The notes under the pieces were generated by a model, which worked only from the letters and a program-made list of their open reading frames with translations, was not told the DNA's origin and did no database searches. Position numbers and translations under genes: made by a program. A DNA stretch of 64,000 nt from Rhynchobatus australiae (lineage: Eukaryota), in the NCBI GenBank assembly GCA_034780895.1, contig JAUZTB010000127.1, forward strand, positions 57,703,908 through 57,767,907. The letters run 5' to 3'. Of the stretch, positions 1-14,204 are shown one piece after another (position 1 is the first letter of the stretch; the number at the start of each line of letters is the position of its first letter).

Positions 1-750
1 ACAAAGTAAACACTGAGGTACAGAAAGCAATCATGAAATCAAATAATATGTTGACCTTTATTGCAAAGATATGGAAATACAAAAGCAAGAAAATCTTGCT
101 GACATTGTACAAGTTTGTAAGACCTTATTTGAAGAAAGTAAAAGTTCAGTTTAGTTCAGTGCTAAGGAGATACACATAGACTTTCTAAGTTAATTTCGAG
201 GCTGAGGGACCAATCATATGAAAAAAGAATGAGTAGATTTAGTCCATATTCACTGAATTTCAGAAGACTGAGGTGGTCTTATTGAGATGTGGAGAATGAC
301 AGGGGAATACCTGCAGGCCATTTCTGACTCAAGTGTCTCAAAATAGGGGGCATCATCTCTGGATAAGCTACTTTACACAGAAAGGAAGGACATTTTTTAA
401 AAGAAAAAACACAGAAATTATTCTTGACCACAGATAGCTATGGATAGTCAGAGTATCTAGTTAAGACTGATGCAGTCCCCCCTGGAATCAAAGGATATTG
501 GAATCAGGTAGGAAGGTGGGCGAAAAAAAAAGGATAAGTCATGATCTTGTTGAAAGGTGGAGCTGTCTTGAAGAAATAAGTGAACTGCTCCTACTGGTTC
601 TTCTGATGTTATTCAGTTATTAAAGTAATTACTATTCTATTTCTAATCTTCATTGTAAACAAAAGATTAATTGATGATGGGGACCAGTGGGCACCTTGGT
701 CAGCATAGACGAGTTGGGCTAAAGGACCCGTTTCCATACTGTATAATTCC
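1..750 (+). mobile_element. Degraded CR1-type LINE 3' fragments
   Basis: Eroded LYK.LVRP.LE-type coding remnant and CR1 3' tail motifs similar to 63560-64000 and 22400-22660. Confidence 0.6.
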
Positions 751-1384
751 ATAACCCTGATTCCAAATGGCATTGCAAGATCAGTAGATAATTAATATCA
801 GTTATAGCAATGCCCAGTTTCCTGTTTTAAAAGTAGTCAGATCCAAAAACTGAACTCTTCCTCAGTAGCATCCTGTACTCCATCCAACTCATGGCATGAC
901 TGTTTACTTCCCTATGATCTTCATCTCCATCTCAAACCCTTTAAAAGAACCTATTTCTCTCTGTGGCTTGACTAGTATAACCATAGATTCCATAAGTCAC
1001 TTGGCAATAGTTATTCAACCTGTCCAAATCTTTCTTTCCCCAAACCTTGTTTAAGTGGCTTAAGTACATTTGTTGCTATGGCTTGTTCATTTACTGACTC
1101 TGCACCCAGTATATAAGGCATAAATCACAAATAAGGCAGTGGCACTTGAAATGCGATCTACATTGATATCTCATAATATATCCAATGATCTAGCTCTTTA
1201 TTCACATTTATACATTATTTCTGCCATTAAGTAAATGACAAACTGAGGTGGCACGGCACACCATCAATTAAAATAATGAATGAATGCAGTGAAATTACCA
1301 ATAAACAATATTTGACTGAATATTTCTATGTTTTAGTCCAGCAAGAATATGCAACAGTTATATCTATAACAAGTATTACAACAT

Positions 1385-1712
1385 ATCAAAGTTTCTTTGA
1401 CAGCACCACCCAAATTTATGGCCTTTTACCACTGATAGGATGAGGATAGCAAATGCATGGGAAGAAGACTACTTACAAATCTACCACCACAAACAAGTTT
1501 CTCTTCAAGGTGTACATTATTCTGCTGTGGCAAAATATTATCATTCCTTCATTGTTACCAATCTCCCAGCATAACACTTGTGAGGAAGAACCCATCATCC
1601 AAAAGACTGTGGGAATGGAGGAGGTGGCTCACTGCCACCTTCCGAAGAACAATTAGAAATGGGCAATAAATACTAGCCTTGTGTGTGACATCAACATCCC
1701 ACAAATAAACAA
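1385..1712 (+). mobile_element. 3' end of a chondrichthyan CR1/L2-group LINE
   Basis: ...ggaggtggctcactgccaccttccgaagaacaattagaaatgggcaataaatactagcc... is the reverse complement of the copies starting near 20020 and 29990. Confidence 0.6.
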
Positions 1713-3947
1713 AGATCAGTAACTGCATTCCAAACATGACAGCCATTACACCCCTAATGAAAAAAAAATATTCTGCTATGATTTAGGGTATGTGCAAGTT
1801 ATGCAGAATTTGAATTTCACTGAATGACAGAAAATTTCACCACACGAACACCTAAACACATTACAGTAATTCTTTTATATTTGTATATTTAATAAGTAGG
1901 AAACTGTTTATAATTTTTAAATAGTTAACATTTGGATGAACTTCCATTGAAAAACTATTCACTGTTAAAACTGAACATAGCTAAAGATCAAATATGATTT
2001 TATCTCAAGACAAATGCTTTCACAAATACAAGCTGAAAATTGCTTATATTTAATTTTGATATGTGCTAAATATTTAAAACTTAAATATATCCAGAAGAGT
2101 TACTTTATTGATGTATTTTGCAACGAGTAAAATAAAATTGTTTTAGTTAAAATACGTAAAGAATTGGAAGATTAAATAGATAAAAGCAATTGGAGAATTG
2201 CAAATTTTGACACTTAAAAATGTTCTACAGCATTATATATGAACATATTTATTAAAATGTTCATTTCTGTTGATTACTATTTTGTTAAACTGTAACCATC
2301 AATAACAATGTGAGAAGTTTACACATCATGCTAAATAATGCATACAAGTTAGACTAAGTAGAACTGTTTCATGAAAAATCAGAAGTTTGTGACAAGCAGA
2401 GACTACTGTCAAAATATATTCAGACTAGATTTCTTTCAGAGATAGACAAATGTCAAAATAGGGTCAACTAAAAGGTAAAAAAACATGAAGGCTTTGCAGG
2501 AAATAATACAATAGGGCATTCAATTTGCTGATTCTGTGATCCAAGCCCAAAAATGTCAATTCTTTATTTCTATACTATTCACAAAGATGCAGTTTATACA
2601 GTAAAGAAGTGATTGACATTTGTAGAAAATGCTTTTGTGGACTGAAAACAAAGATAATGCGGCATGAAAACATTAATTTTGACTTTTGCCCCAAGCAACA
2701 GAATCATGGTTAACCCTTCTAAAATAAAGTGCTATTCATGTTACAACAAAGATTTTTCCTGTCATAGATGAGAGAAACTTAAAAGTAAATTAAGTAGTTT
2801 AGCTTGAAGCAAATTTTGTCCAGTCAACTGCAGTTTTGACCATGAAGGATATTTATTATACAACAGTGAAGCTGCAGACTTCTGGACAGCATTTTCCAAA
2901 ACATTTATTGAATTGCTCTGTACACCAATACACTGGGTGCACTGGGTTATTATTACAGTCAAAGTTTAAATTTTGCTTGAGCATCCTAACTCAGTTAAAA
3001 CTTAATGCATCATTAATTGGAAAAAATACTGAATTAAATGCACCACAAAATTTTGTTGACAGATTGATAATTTGGTCAGTGCAAGTTGCTTATGCCATCA
3101 TCACTTTCTTCAAAAATGTTGATGATAATATATTCCTAAATTGGGAATTTTAAAATTACTTAACAATGAAAGCTGCAAGAAAGACTAGAAAGAAATCCTC
3201 TATTTCCCAAAGCTACATTTCCTAAAATGGGAGAGACACCAAATGATCAAGAACTATGACGATGAAGAGCCACCAATACAGCTACACAAAATCAATGAAG
3301 CCATAGCAGGGAATATCTGCACAGTCCGGATTCCTGTAAATTTCTGGAAGATAATAGCACAATCATTGTTGATTTGCGCATAACATCATTTCTGCACCAG
3401 AAACAGCTATGAACATGCAAATCAGCATATTTCTGAGCATAGGTGGAGGAACAAACATGTTGTACAAATCAGCCAAGCTGCTGCATCATGCATTTTCTCA
3501 GGTTACAAGATATGAGAGCAGCTCAAGTGAACAATGTTTCTATAGTATCTATGTCCGCCAAGAGAGCAGCACACATGAAATAGTTGACTTTGAACCACAC
3601 AGCATAGCTCCCAAGTTTATAAAACTAACAGGACTGACACTGCCATTTTGAAAAGAGGAAGAGAAGGTGCAATAACTGGATATCAATCTTCAATGCAATG
3701 GTTCAGGTAAAAGAAAGGCATGAGAACTGCTGTGCCAAGACAAAGCTGGGCTTACTATAGATAATGACTTGGATTTAAATGTACTTCACATGATTTCTTC
3801 CACAAGATGAGCTCAAGACTGGATTGAATATGCACAGCGAATGCAAAGTAGGACCAACACATCTTGATTTGAGAGCCAAGTTATTGTGACTTTTGTCCAT
3901 TGAAAAAAAAGATCAATTTGATAAAGGTTATGAAGAAGTTGTGGAAG

Positions 3948-4868
3948 CTGACAATCAATGTAAGTGCACCTTTAGGATGTGTGCTTAGCCCACTGCTCTA
4001 CTCTCTCCACACTCATGACTGTGTGGCTAGGGACAGTTCAAATGCCATCTATGAATTCACCGATGACACCACTGTTGTTGGCAGAATCTCAGATGGCGAC
4101 AAGGAGGCGTACAGAAGTGAGATAGATCAGCTGGTTGAGTGGTGTCACAACAACAATCTTGCACTCAACATCAGTTCAACCAAGGAATTGATTGCAGACT
4201 TCAGGAAGGGGAAGTTAGGAGAACACGCATCAGTCCTCATTGACAGATCAGCAATGAAAAGGGTGAGCAGCTTCAAGTTCATGGGCGTCATCATCTCAGA
4301 GGATCTATCCTGTGTCCAACACATTGATGCAATCATGAAGGCATCACACCAAGGGCTCTACTTCATTAGGACTTTGAGGAGACTTGTTCTGTCACCGAAG
4401 ACTCTTACAAATTTATATAGACTTATGGTGGACAGCATTCTGTCTGGTTGCATCATCACCTGGTATGGAGACTCCAATGTGCAGGATGGAAAGAGGTTGC
4501 AGAGGGTTGTAGACTCAGCCAGCTCCATTACAGGCACAACCCTCCCCACCATCGAGCACATTTCAAGAGATGGTGCCTCACGAAGGCAGCATGCATCATT
4601 AAGCACCCTCACCATCCAGGACATGCCCCCTTCTCATTACTATCATCAGGGAGGAGGTACAGGAGCCTGAGACCCACAGTCAACATTTCAGGAACAGTTT
4701 CTTCCCCTCCACCAACAGATTTCTGAATGATCCTTGAACTCTACCTCATTATTCCTCATTTGCAATATTTTTTGCTAACTTAGAGTAATTTTCATGTCTT
4801 GCACTGTACTGTTGATGCAGAACAACAAATTTCATGACGTATGTCAGTGAATAATAAACATGGTTCTA
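3948..4868 (+). mobile_element. 5'-truncated Rex1/Babar-clade LINE (RT C-terminal half and 3' UTR)
   Basis: ORF 3900-4670 contains APLGCVLSPLLYSLHTHDC and YEFTDDTTVVGRIS (degenerate FADD), then LYFIRTLRR...ILSGCIITWYG. One frameshift and an AATAAA tail. Confidence 0.88.
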
Positions 4869-6184
4869 AGAATTTGCATTTTGACTGTTTTCCTGCCACA
4901 TGCTAGGCTCAAAATCAAAGGGCTGCCTTTCCAGATTCAAGAATAAGATGTCACCTTTAAGTAAAAATGTCTGAAGGAAAAGTAAAATTCAAAGATTTGT
5001 TTTAATAAAAGTGTAATATGTCAACAGGTTACAAATAAAAATTGAGGTAGACAATAAAACAAAAAAGGTTAAGGATACCATCAGCTTTCAATAATCCTTT
5101 TATGATGTTTTCTCCAGCTAAATATTAATAAAAGAACATGGTACTGCCCAACTTCCTACTATTTGCCAAACTGTTGTCTAACTAGAGAATATGGTAACAC
5201 CATACTGGTGATGAATAAAATGGTATAAACAAGAAGGGCTATGACCAGGTGACTCCTGTGCCTCAATTAAATCATTTATGCTTTTTACAGCCCATCGAAC
5301 AGCTCATAATGATGCTTAAATCTGGATTTCAACAATAGTCAGAGATGGAGAGAGGGAGAATTGTAACAAGAGAGGCAATGTGAGGGGCCAGGAATTAACA
5401 GGTACAAATTACAGGTGCAAATTCAGCAGTTCTACAATTGTTCGCTTCAATGCATTTTGTCGCACTGCCTTTCCCACTTTTCACTAAAAAAAAAATCAAG
5501 CAATGTGCAATTAACGGGAATAAATTCAAAGCTATCAGAAAAATTACTGGGAGAATTTATCATTCTCTAACTGATTTTTCTCCAGACAGACAACTTTCTG
5601 TATTCTTCTAATACTGTTTGACAGTTATAATGGTAAAGTAGATCATAAATCAAAGGTCACTGAAGGAGTCATAGCACATTTAATACTAATCAATCTCTAT
5701 CAGTCCAGATATAAAACACAGAAATACAATTATCATGACAGAGAGCACAGATCTGACATGGTAGCATCCATCTTTCAAAAATCTTATTTTTTCATCATAG
5801 TACATATACTAACAGATTATTCTTCAAGAAATGAGAGCATAGAGGGAAAAGAAACACAATACAATTACAAAACCCATATTTTCAAATCTTCAACCACACT
5901 CATTGATTGTCTATGGGGTACCTCACTATAAAAGATTCATGACTGATGATACAACGCCACAGCAAAAACCTGAATAATCAAACTCTGTTATTTCACCATT
6001 CCCTACATAAAAATATGAAGTACCAAAAAAAGCAGGAAAACTGAACAAATCAGGCTTTTGGTGCTGCTGCAGCTACTAAGACCTGGAGTCCTACATGTTG
6101 TACTTCAGAAGTCTTAAAATCCAAAAGTTAACAACCTAATTGTGCTCTGGTTCACTCAATCCTCCTCATTGTTACACCAGCCCT

Positions 6185-7000
6185 TGGGATTAAGGATAAC
6201 TTGGTGCACTCTTGTTCTGCAGATTCCCAAGTGGCTAATGAGGCCAATGTGGGAACCACAGACTAGCAGATGGTGGCTGATGCAATAGATGGGTGAATGG
6301 TTTGAGGTAGCATGCTCCTTCCACCACTTTTGTTAGACTTTTGTGTGCCTTGATGCAGGTCTTCAAAGGCCTCAATCCTATCCCAAATGCTCCTTCTCTA
6401 TTTTATGTGGTCATGGGATAGAGGTTCTCAGGAGTCAGTGAGGATGTAGCACTTCAAGAGACCTTTCAGCGCATTCAAGAATCTTCTCAACTGAATAAAT
6501 ATTGTGCTGGNNNNNNNNNNNNNNNNNNNNNNNNNNNNNNNNNNNNNNNNNNNNNNNNNNNNNNNNNNNNNNNNNNNNNNNNNNNNNNNNNNNNNNNNNN
6601 NNNNNNNNNNNNNNNNNNNNNNNNNNNNNNNNNNNNNNNNNNNNNNNNNNNNNNNNNNNNNNNNNNNNNNNNNNNNNNNNNNNNNNNNNNNNNNNNNNNN
6701 NNNNNNNNNNNNNNNNNNNNNNNNNNNNNNNNNNNNNNNNNNNNNNNNNNNNNNNNNNNNNNNNNNNNNNNNNNNNNNNNNNNNNNNNNNNNNNNNNNNN
6801 NNNNNNNNNNNNNNNNNNNNNNNNNNNNNNNNNNNNNNNNNNNNNNNNNNNNNNGCTGGTGCACTGAAGACAGTGGTGAATTTTATCATCTACATCTGTC
6901 TTTGCTGGATCATAATCAACACCACAAGAAATCATCCTGTGTGCTACTCTTTGGACAGCCATCAGGTGAATGCCAATTTCTCACAAGTACTTGGTAAGGA
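6185..7000 (-). mobile_element. RTE-clade LINE 3' fragment (spans an N gap)
   Basis: Minus translations KTDVDDKIHHCLQCTS and QLRRFLNALKGLLKCYILTDS resemble RTE ORF C-terminal motifs (DIDDEIQHRLQCAS; KRFKDTLKASLKKCNI). Confidence 0.7.
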
Positions 7001-7059
7001 GTTAAGTGAAACAAAGGCGGCATATATATTGCATACATGTATTTTCTGAAACTTGGAGC

Positions 7060-7960
7060 ACTACCAGCATCTCAATATCTCCCTTGCTCCCACCTTCAAC
7101 ATTCTAAATAGACTATTGTTTCAGGGTATAGATTAACTTTCTGATCTCCATCAATATCCTCTTCTCATGGCACCTTTTCACGAAACTGATGATACAATAT
7201 CCCTCCTTTCACATCCAAAGCCCCAAACGCTATTTCCATGAGAAGCACAAGTAATACATGCACCGCTAAATTCAGAATATTCACCACTCACAATGTGATG
7301 TCTTCCCCAAAAGACCAAGTCAGACTGACTGACCACTTTGCAAGCATAATCTTGACCTTCCAATCATCTATCACTTTAATTCTCCATTTCACTCCACTCC
7401 AGTCTTTGCCCCTATTCCAACAAAGTTCAAACTTAAAGAAAAGTACCTCATTTTCCAACTAGGCACATTGCAGTCTTCCAACACCAACACTAATTTTAGA
7501 TAATCAGTGTTAGTATTTCAGGTTTCCAGCATTTGCTCCATGTTCTTCTGGTATTTTCAGAATATGTCTACTTTTACACTTCCACCAGACCAACCTTTAC
7601 GACTCATATCACTATCTTTAACCTTGTCATATCCCTTACTTATTCATTCAATCTCTCCTGCTCTCCCCCCCCCCCACTTCACAACCTTGTCTCCAACNNN
7701 NNNNNNNNNNNNNNNNNNNNNNNNNNNNNNNNNNNNNNNNNNNNNNNNNNNNNNNNNNNNNNNNNNNNNNNNNNNNNNNNNNNNNNNNNNNNNNNNNAAC
7801 ATTGTCTCCAACACCTCCTCGACCTCTTCTCATGAGCATCTCAAATGATTTCAAGTTTTGATGGCAGGTCACTGATTCAAAATATTAACTCTCTCCACCT
7901 CTCCTCTTGGTGCTGCCTGACCAATTTCCATCATTTTTTAAGTTCAGCTTGCCAACATCC
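7060..7960 (+). mobile_element. Old Penelope-like remnant (GIY-YIG region and 3' repeat)
   Basis: Eroded similarity to 33720-34040 (LKEKYLIFQLGTLQ) and to the 3' repeat at 35100-35237. Confidence 0.6.
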
Positions 7961-8319
7961 ACAATACTTGACTCTGACATTGCACACTCTTCTTGGCATG
8001 CAATGTAATCTTGTAAATTTTAAAGTATACATGCAGGAATGTTATTAGTATTTTATTCATTCAAGTGCCATACCACAATTGGTTCTTAAACCTAATATTT
8101 TTCAAATAGAAACCTTTGAACTGATTTATCTTGTCAGACATTTGATCTCATTGCTGAAGAAACACCACATAAACATGTCAAATTAATTTTAATTGTTAAA
8201 CTATTTTAATTTACTTCAATTTACTTCCAACTAACTTAGTTAATGTTGTTTGGAATACAAACCCTGCCAATTAAGTCTTTTGAGCAAGTCTATATTACAT
8301 ATTCTCCATTTCTTTACAA

Positions 8320-8600
8320 CATAGAAAAAGGAAATTTGGCCAATCAAGCCTTACACTGGGTCTCAGATCAATCCCATTCCCCCACTTGTTTCCCTGCAAC
8401 CGAGTTTCTGTCACATGTCCACCAACATATCCCTGATTTACCCGCCAGCTACTTACAACAGGGGTAATTTAAAGTAGACAATTAACCTAATAACCAACAC
8501 ATTTTTGGGATATGGGAAGAAACCACAAAAAGAAACCCACAGAGTCACAAGAAGAACAAGCAAATCCACAGAGAGCGCACCCAAGGTAAGGGTCAAACCC
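8320..8600 (-). mobile_element. tRNA-derived V-SINE/HE1-like SINE
   Basis: ...ttaaccta...ttttgggatatgggaagaaacc...gaaacccacagagtcacaagaagaacaagcaaatccaca... is typical of the antisense V-domain and similar to 50030-50228. Confidence 0.6.
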
Positions 8601-9374
8601 AGTATTTAGTTTGGAATTAACATGGCCATTAAAAGCATACCATGAACTGGGGTTTAATTCCAGAAGGACAGAATAAAATTAGAGACATGCGAATAGTACA
8701 AACATAATTTAAGAAAGGAAAGTGGAACTGAGAGCTCTGAAAACGATTACAAAGGTCTGATCAGGTTGTGCCTCTTTAAAACTACTGTCTGAGGGAAGAC
8801 CTGTTAAAAGGCAGTGTTCCCCTATTTATGGGGAAGGGCACATTTGAAAGCCGGGAGAACATGAGAGCCACCAAGAATCAAAGTGGTAAGTAAGCTTTAT
8901 TTGAATGCTTTGAGAACCTCAAGAAATTAGCAATGAGTGAAGATAATTTTTAATAACGTATTTAAGAGGAAACCAGATAAGTAAATGAGGATGATATGAA
9001 TGGAGGTTTATGCTGAGTGAAAAGAAGGAAGATGACTCAAGTGGAGCACAGCAACCAGCAGAGGCCTGCTCTCAGGTTGTATAGTCAAATGTCATTCTCA
9101 GTACCCCATCCTGTCCCGAAAAAATGGTGGGTGCAACATCTTTTTAAAAATAATGAAACTAGAGAGGAGTACTGATGCTGAGAGTTATAATTTCACTACT
9201 AAAAAATAACAAAAACTTGTATCATCAGCAGTTACATACATGCAGAAGTCTTTAGCTTTGTTTCCTTTTAAGCAAAACTAGATCTTTATTTTGCCTTTGA
9301 GGTTATTGCCGAATAATCCAAAATTCAAGTGATAGTATGAAGTTCAATTCACAGAGCAGTTAGAGAATTTAAAA

Positions 9375-9430
9375 TCAATTCCAAAACGCTGAGAATTATA
9401 GCCTCAATTCCAAAACGCTGAGAATTATAG
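9375..9430. repeat. Perfect 27-bp tandem duplication (period 29)
   Basis: tcaattccaaaacgctgagaattatag at 9375 and 9404. Confidence 0.9.
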
Positions 9431-12400
9431 AGAATATGGCCATGCAATTACAGCATCATAAAAGTTCAGTCCTTTTCAGTCCTACACCCTTTAATTGCTT
9501 TGCAAAATAGTAATCCCATATTTGGGCAAGTGCCCTGACAAGGTTTCCCAGTCTAACACCAGACATGTTCATTTAGACCAGATGTATAATGTACATTCTT
9601 ATAATGAAGTGGATCTAAGGAAAACTCCCAAATCAGAATTTTAGAAATCATTATCAATAGTTGCTATCCAAGATTTTCATTCCTCGTGCCCTTAAAAACT
9701 GGACAATGCCAGTTACTATCCCACAATCAGGTACCTTCCAGGATTTAGCCCACATGACAATACCTGTCATACCGAATCTAAATTCTTTAATCTCAGTCTC
9801 CAATGATATTTTAAGCAGCACAACTGTTATTTTCACATTCTACCTGTTTGTGATGTGAAGTACGATTATCTCACTCCACCCTGTCCTGATGAATTTGCAA
9901 ATGCGTTCAGCCTCATTTAGCAAATGCAATATGCAAGACAACTCAAGCTTTGAATCAATAGGCATGAGATGGGATTTAGATAACCACATATTGATAATAA
10001 AAATATCATTTGTACACTAGATGGATGAAATATACTGTGTGGAAAATGCAAGCTCTTTGATCAGCTCCTTAAATGAACTTACCTGCTAAAAATGCCACAC
10101 ACAGTATAATGTTGCCTGATACTCTGTTTCAGCACTGTTCTTTTGAACAAGTGCTGAAAATAACTGGTAGAATTTCCAAACAACACTACACATTTTTCTC
10201 ATTCAAATACAGGAGTTGTAGTTTGCCTGTTTTAACAGAAGTTCTGTTTATTTGTTGAATCTGAATATAGCTATCATCTGCATTCATCAGGTAACAAGCT
10301 ACACTTAACACATTAGCATTGTGCACATATCCAAAGACATAAAAGAATGATAATGCATTGATGCTGAAAATCAAGGTTCAAATATTATTCTTGTATTTAA
10401 ACTCTGTTAATTGTTTTATTTTATAACTTACTATTATGGCAGCACCATTTAAACAAAATACCTCAGCTCCACTATTTAACAAGACTAGTTATGTTACCTG
10501 GTTAGTGACAACGTTTTCATACTTTCAGTACATCTAAGTTTTAAGAAGTGCGAACACGATAGATAGCTAGAAAACAAACATGCAAAAAAAAACTAGATAA
10601 CTAGGAATAATGCATAAATATTGAGACAAACCTCCAGGTTTAAAACTTCTCCCAACTAAGACCTTTCATAAAACTCACCTCATTGATCAAGGGTTTGGAT
10701 CGCCTGTTCAAATGTGCACTCTTTTGTTGTGGTAATCATCACTTTTGATTGCACTTCTGTAAATGCTTTCAGAGATTAATAACACCTGAAATAAATTCAA
10801 GTTCTAGTTGCTTCTGTTGAAGAATACCTTGGAATATAACTGAAGTGGAATACCCAGTTTGATAACATACCATCTTCTCATGTGGGGTGGCTTAATCTTT
10901 GACCTTAACAATATTAATTCAGCTTCCTTTTGAGTCTGTCATTGACCATTACTCTCACATATATATAGTTCAAGATGGCATTAGACTCAGTTTATATAAT
11001 GCTAATCAAGTTCAGGCCATAAATTAGGGCCATTAAAATTAATCGCATTGCTAATGAAAATGAAGAAGGGAGTTAAAAAATGTTCACAAACACTGGAAGG
11101 ATCTTCATAAATAATTGTACACGTCTAAACAGTTAAAGTGACATCTCCTGGGTAACACATTAGTCTTCATCTACTGTTGTGTGCTGTTTTGCGCATCCAG
11201 GACATATTGCCAACATCTGTGTTCAAATCACAGAACTATCAAGATATTAATGCTATGGAATATTAAGAGCTAAGTTATTCAATCAGGATGTCTCTCTGGC
11301 AAATAATTACACGACAGATAAAAATATCAAACGTGATGTTGCATTTAGATGACAAAATTGCTTTAAGTTAAGCATTCTGTATTATCCTTGGTTCCTGATA
11401 TTCTGAAGTCNNNNNNNNNNNNNNNNNNNNNNNNNNNNNNNNNNNNNNNNNNNNNNNNNNNNNNNNNNNNNNNNNNNNNNNNNNNNNNNNNNNNNNNNNN
11501 NNNNNNNNNNNNNNNNNNNNNNNNNNNNNNNNNNNNNNNNNNNNNNNNNNNNNNNNNNNNNNNNNNNNNNNNNNNNNNNNNNNNNNNNNNNNNNNNNNNN
11601 NNNNNNNNNNNNNNNNNNNNNNNNNNNNNNNNNNNNNNNNNNNNNNNNNNNNNNNNNNNNNNNNNNNNNNNNNNNNNNNNNNNNNNNNNNNNNNNNNNNN
11701 NNNNNNNNNNNNNNNNNNNNNNNNNNNCAAAAAGGTTCATCTTTAAAACTGAACTACATCATCAGAACAGAGATCCTGTGCGAGGTTGTGTAACTGAAGG
11801 AGTCTTTTAACTCACAGACCAAGTTTCCATCTGCTTACACAAAAATATAAATGTTCTCCTTGTACATTAACACTTGGGTGGTGCAAAAGCACAACTGAGC
11901 AATAATGTAAGGATTCAGGCTCTCAATTCTACAACAGCCCTGCACTATCATTGTGCCAGATTTTGAGTCAGCAATGAAACACAAATTCCTCCTCTTAAAA
12001 ACACTGTATGTTGCCCTGCCAAAATCCTACCTTATCACATGTTCTATCCTCCACTAAACTGTTCCCTCGGGCTGAAAATTCTGATAGAATGTTATTGAAA
12101 TGAAATATTAACATTTTCCTCCCACAGAAAATGTCTAACAGCAGATTTTCATAATTTTCAGCCTTTATTTCAGATTTCCAGCATCCGCACTAATTCCCTT
12201 CAGGTAAAATTCTATCACCGTATCGGATGCCATGGACCAAATCACCTCCTTCTATCATATTTTCTGTGCTTTCAAATATTGAAGATTACCATAACAATAC
12301 TCAAGAATGTGTATCAAAATTAATGCTGAGGCTGTGCTCAGTGTTACTGTGCAATATTGACAGAGGCTTCTGGTGTCCACATATATTCAGTTAATCATGG

Positions 12401-14204
12401 AAATCAAAGGCTCCTGTGGTCATACTTGGTTCTTCACAGTGTGAACAAGTTGAAATCATTGAGTACTCACTGGGATGGTATGAACTTCAATTATTTATAC
12501 ACAGCTCTGCTGTAAACATCGGAGTTTAGCACTGTTCAATCATGAGGAACTGAGTTTTTAAATGATATTTTACTGAACAACCTCTTTGGCCTAAAATAGG
12601 AGGTGTGGGATTCTCAATCCCTCAGAAAATATCAAATATGTCCATGTTTAAAATAAAGTATGATTTATATTTCCTGGTTTTTACTTCATGATTTGCTGCA
12701 TGAGAATTCTTCCAACACGATGGCTGACCAGTCTGTCTGCAAATGATACCATATTGAAACTGTTGCTGGGAAAGTCTAAGAAAACACTTCAGAGATCACC
12801 AAATCATTGTGGCCATGTCATTTAAGCAGCAAGCAACTTTCATTCCTCATTGAAAAAAAAATCAAAATCCAGGCCAAAATGTTTCACCAATAAAGCAAAG
12901 AAAATATTCCACATTTTGAGATATGCATCTTCAAGTACAATAGGCAGTGCTATTTTTAAATGCAAAATATAAATAATGTCAAACATAAACAATCAGAAGA
13001 TTATTTTGTATGAATTTACTGGATAGTTCTGAAATTTAACACCAGCATTTTTTTCTTAAAAACTAACAAGATTGGTTGAGTTGAACAAAATGTCATGGCT
13101 TCAGATCTCAATCTGGGACTAAAAGGCATTATGTAAAGATGAGCTGTTAACTTAAGATAATATTGCTTTCTGGAAGGCATCGTCTTTCGGATCAAATGTT
13201 AAGCCTAACAATCCATTAGAATGTGTAAACAGCAACCTGAGCTGGCCCTCTACAGAAGTGGCATCTTTGCCAGCCTTCTTGGTTTCCCCACAGCCTCCCG
13301 CTCTCTACTGGCAATTTCCACCAAGACCATGTTCACTATTATAGACAATGCTGGCACACAGCTTGTCAGGAAGCAAATATGGAAAGAGAAACAGTATTAA
13401 CATTTCAGGTCCAGAATTTGGAAAGAGAGAAAACAGGTTAATTTTCAGTAGTAGAAAAAGCAGAGGATGGACAAGCAGAGCAAAGGGAATATCCTCTGAT
13501 AGGGCAAGACCAAATGAGTTAATGTGGTGGCTAGAATCAGATTATGCTTCTTCGTTTGTATTACATGTTGCTAATTGTAGGGATGTGGGACATGTACATC
13601 AGACTAGTCTGAATACAAAGCAAAATAGACTGAACTTTATTCAAAAATGGATGACTGGCAGAAATAGCCAGTTCTGATACAGACAGACTAAAAGAGCAAG
13701 TTATCTGAAGTTGGAGAATTCGAGATTGACCTTTCCATAATTGGTCTGACTCACTCTCACTTGTNNNNNNNNNNNNNNNNNNNNNNNNNNNNNNNNNNNN
13801 NNNNNNNNNNNNNNNNNNNNNNNNNNNNNNNNNNNNNNNNNNNNNNNNNNNNNNNNNNNNNNNNNNNNNNNNNNNNNNNNNNNNNNNNNNNNNNNNNNNN
13901 NNNNNNNNNNNNNNNNNNNNNNNNNNNNNNNNNNNNNNNNNNNNNNNNNNNNNNNNNNNNNNNNNNNNNNNNNNNNNNNNNNNNNNNNNNNNNNNNNNNN
14001 NNNNNNNNNNNNNNNNNNNNNNNNNNNNNNNNNNNNNNNNNNNNNNNNNNNNNNNNNNNNNNNNNNNNNNNNNNNNNNNNNNNNNNNNNNNNNNNNNNNN
14101 NNNNNNNNNNNNNNNNNNNNNNNNNNNNNNNNNNNNNNNNNNNNNNNNNNNNNNNNNNNNNNNNNNNNNNNNNNNNNNNNNNNNNNNNNNNNNNNNNNNN
14201 NNNN

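Noticed and set aside
10640-10815. Strong minus-strand donor GAG|GTGAGT near 10678
   Set aside because: It lies in a degraded L2/CR1-group LINE tail, and no credible exon accompanies it.
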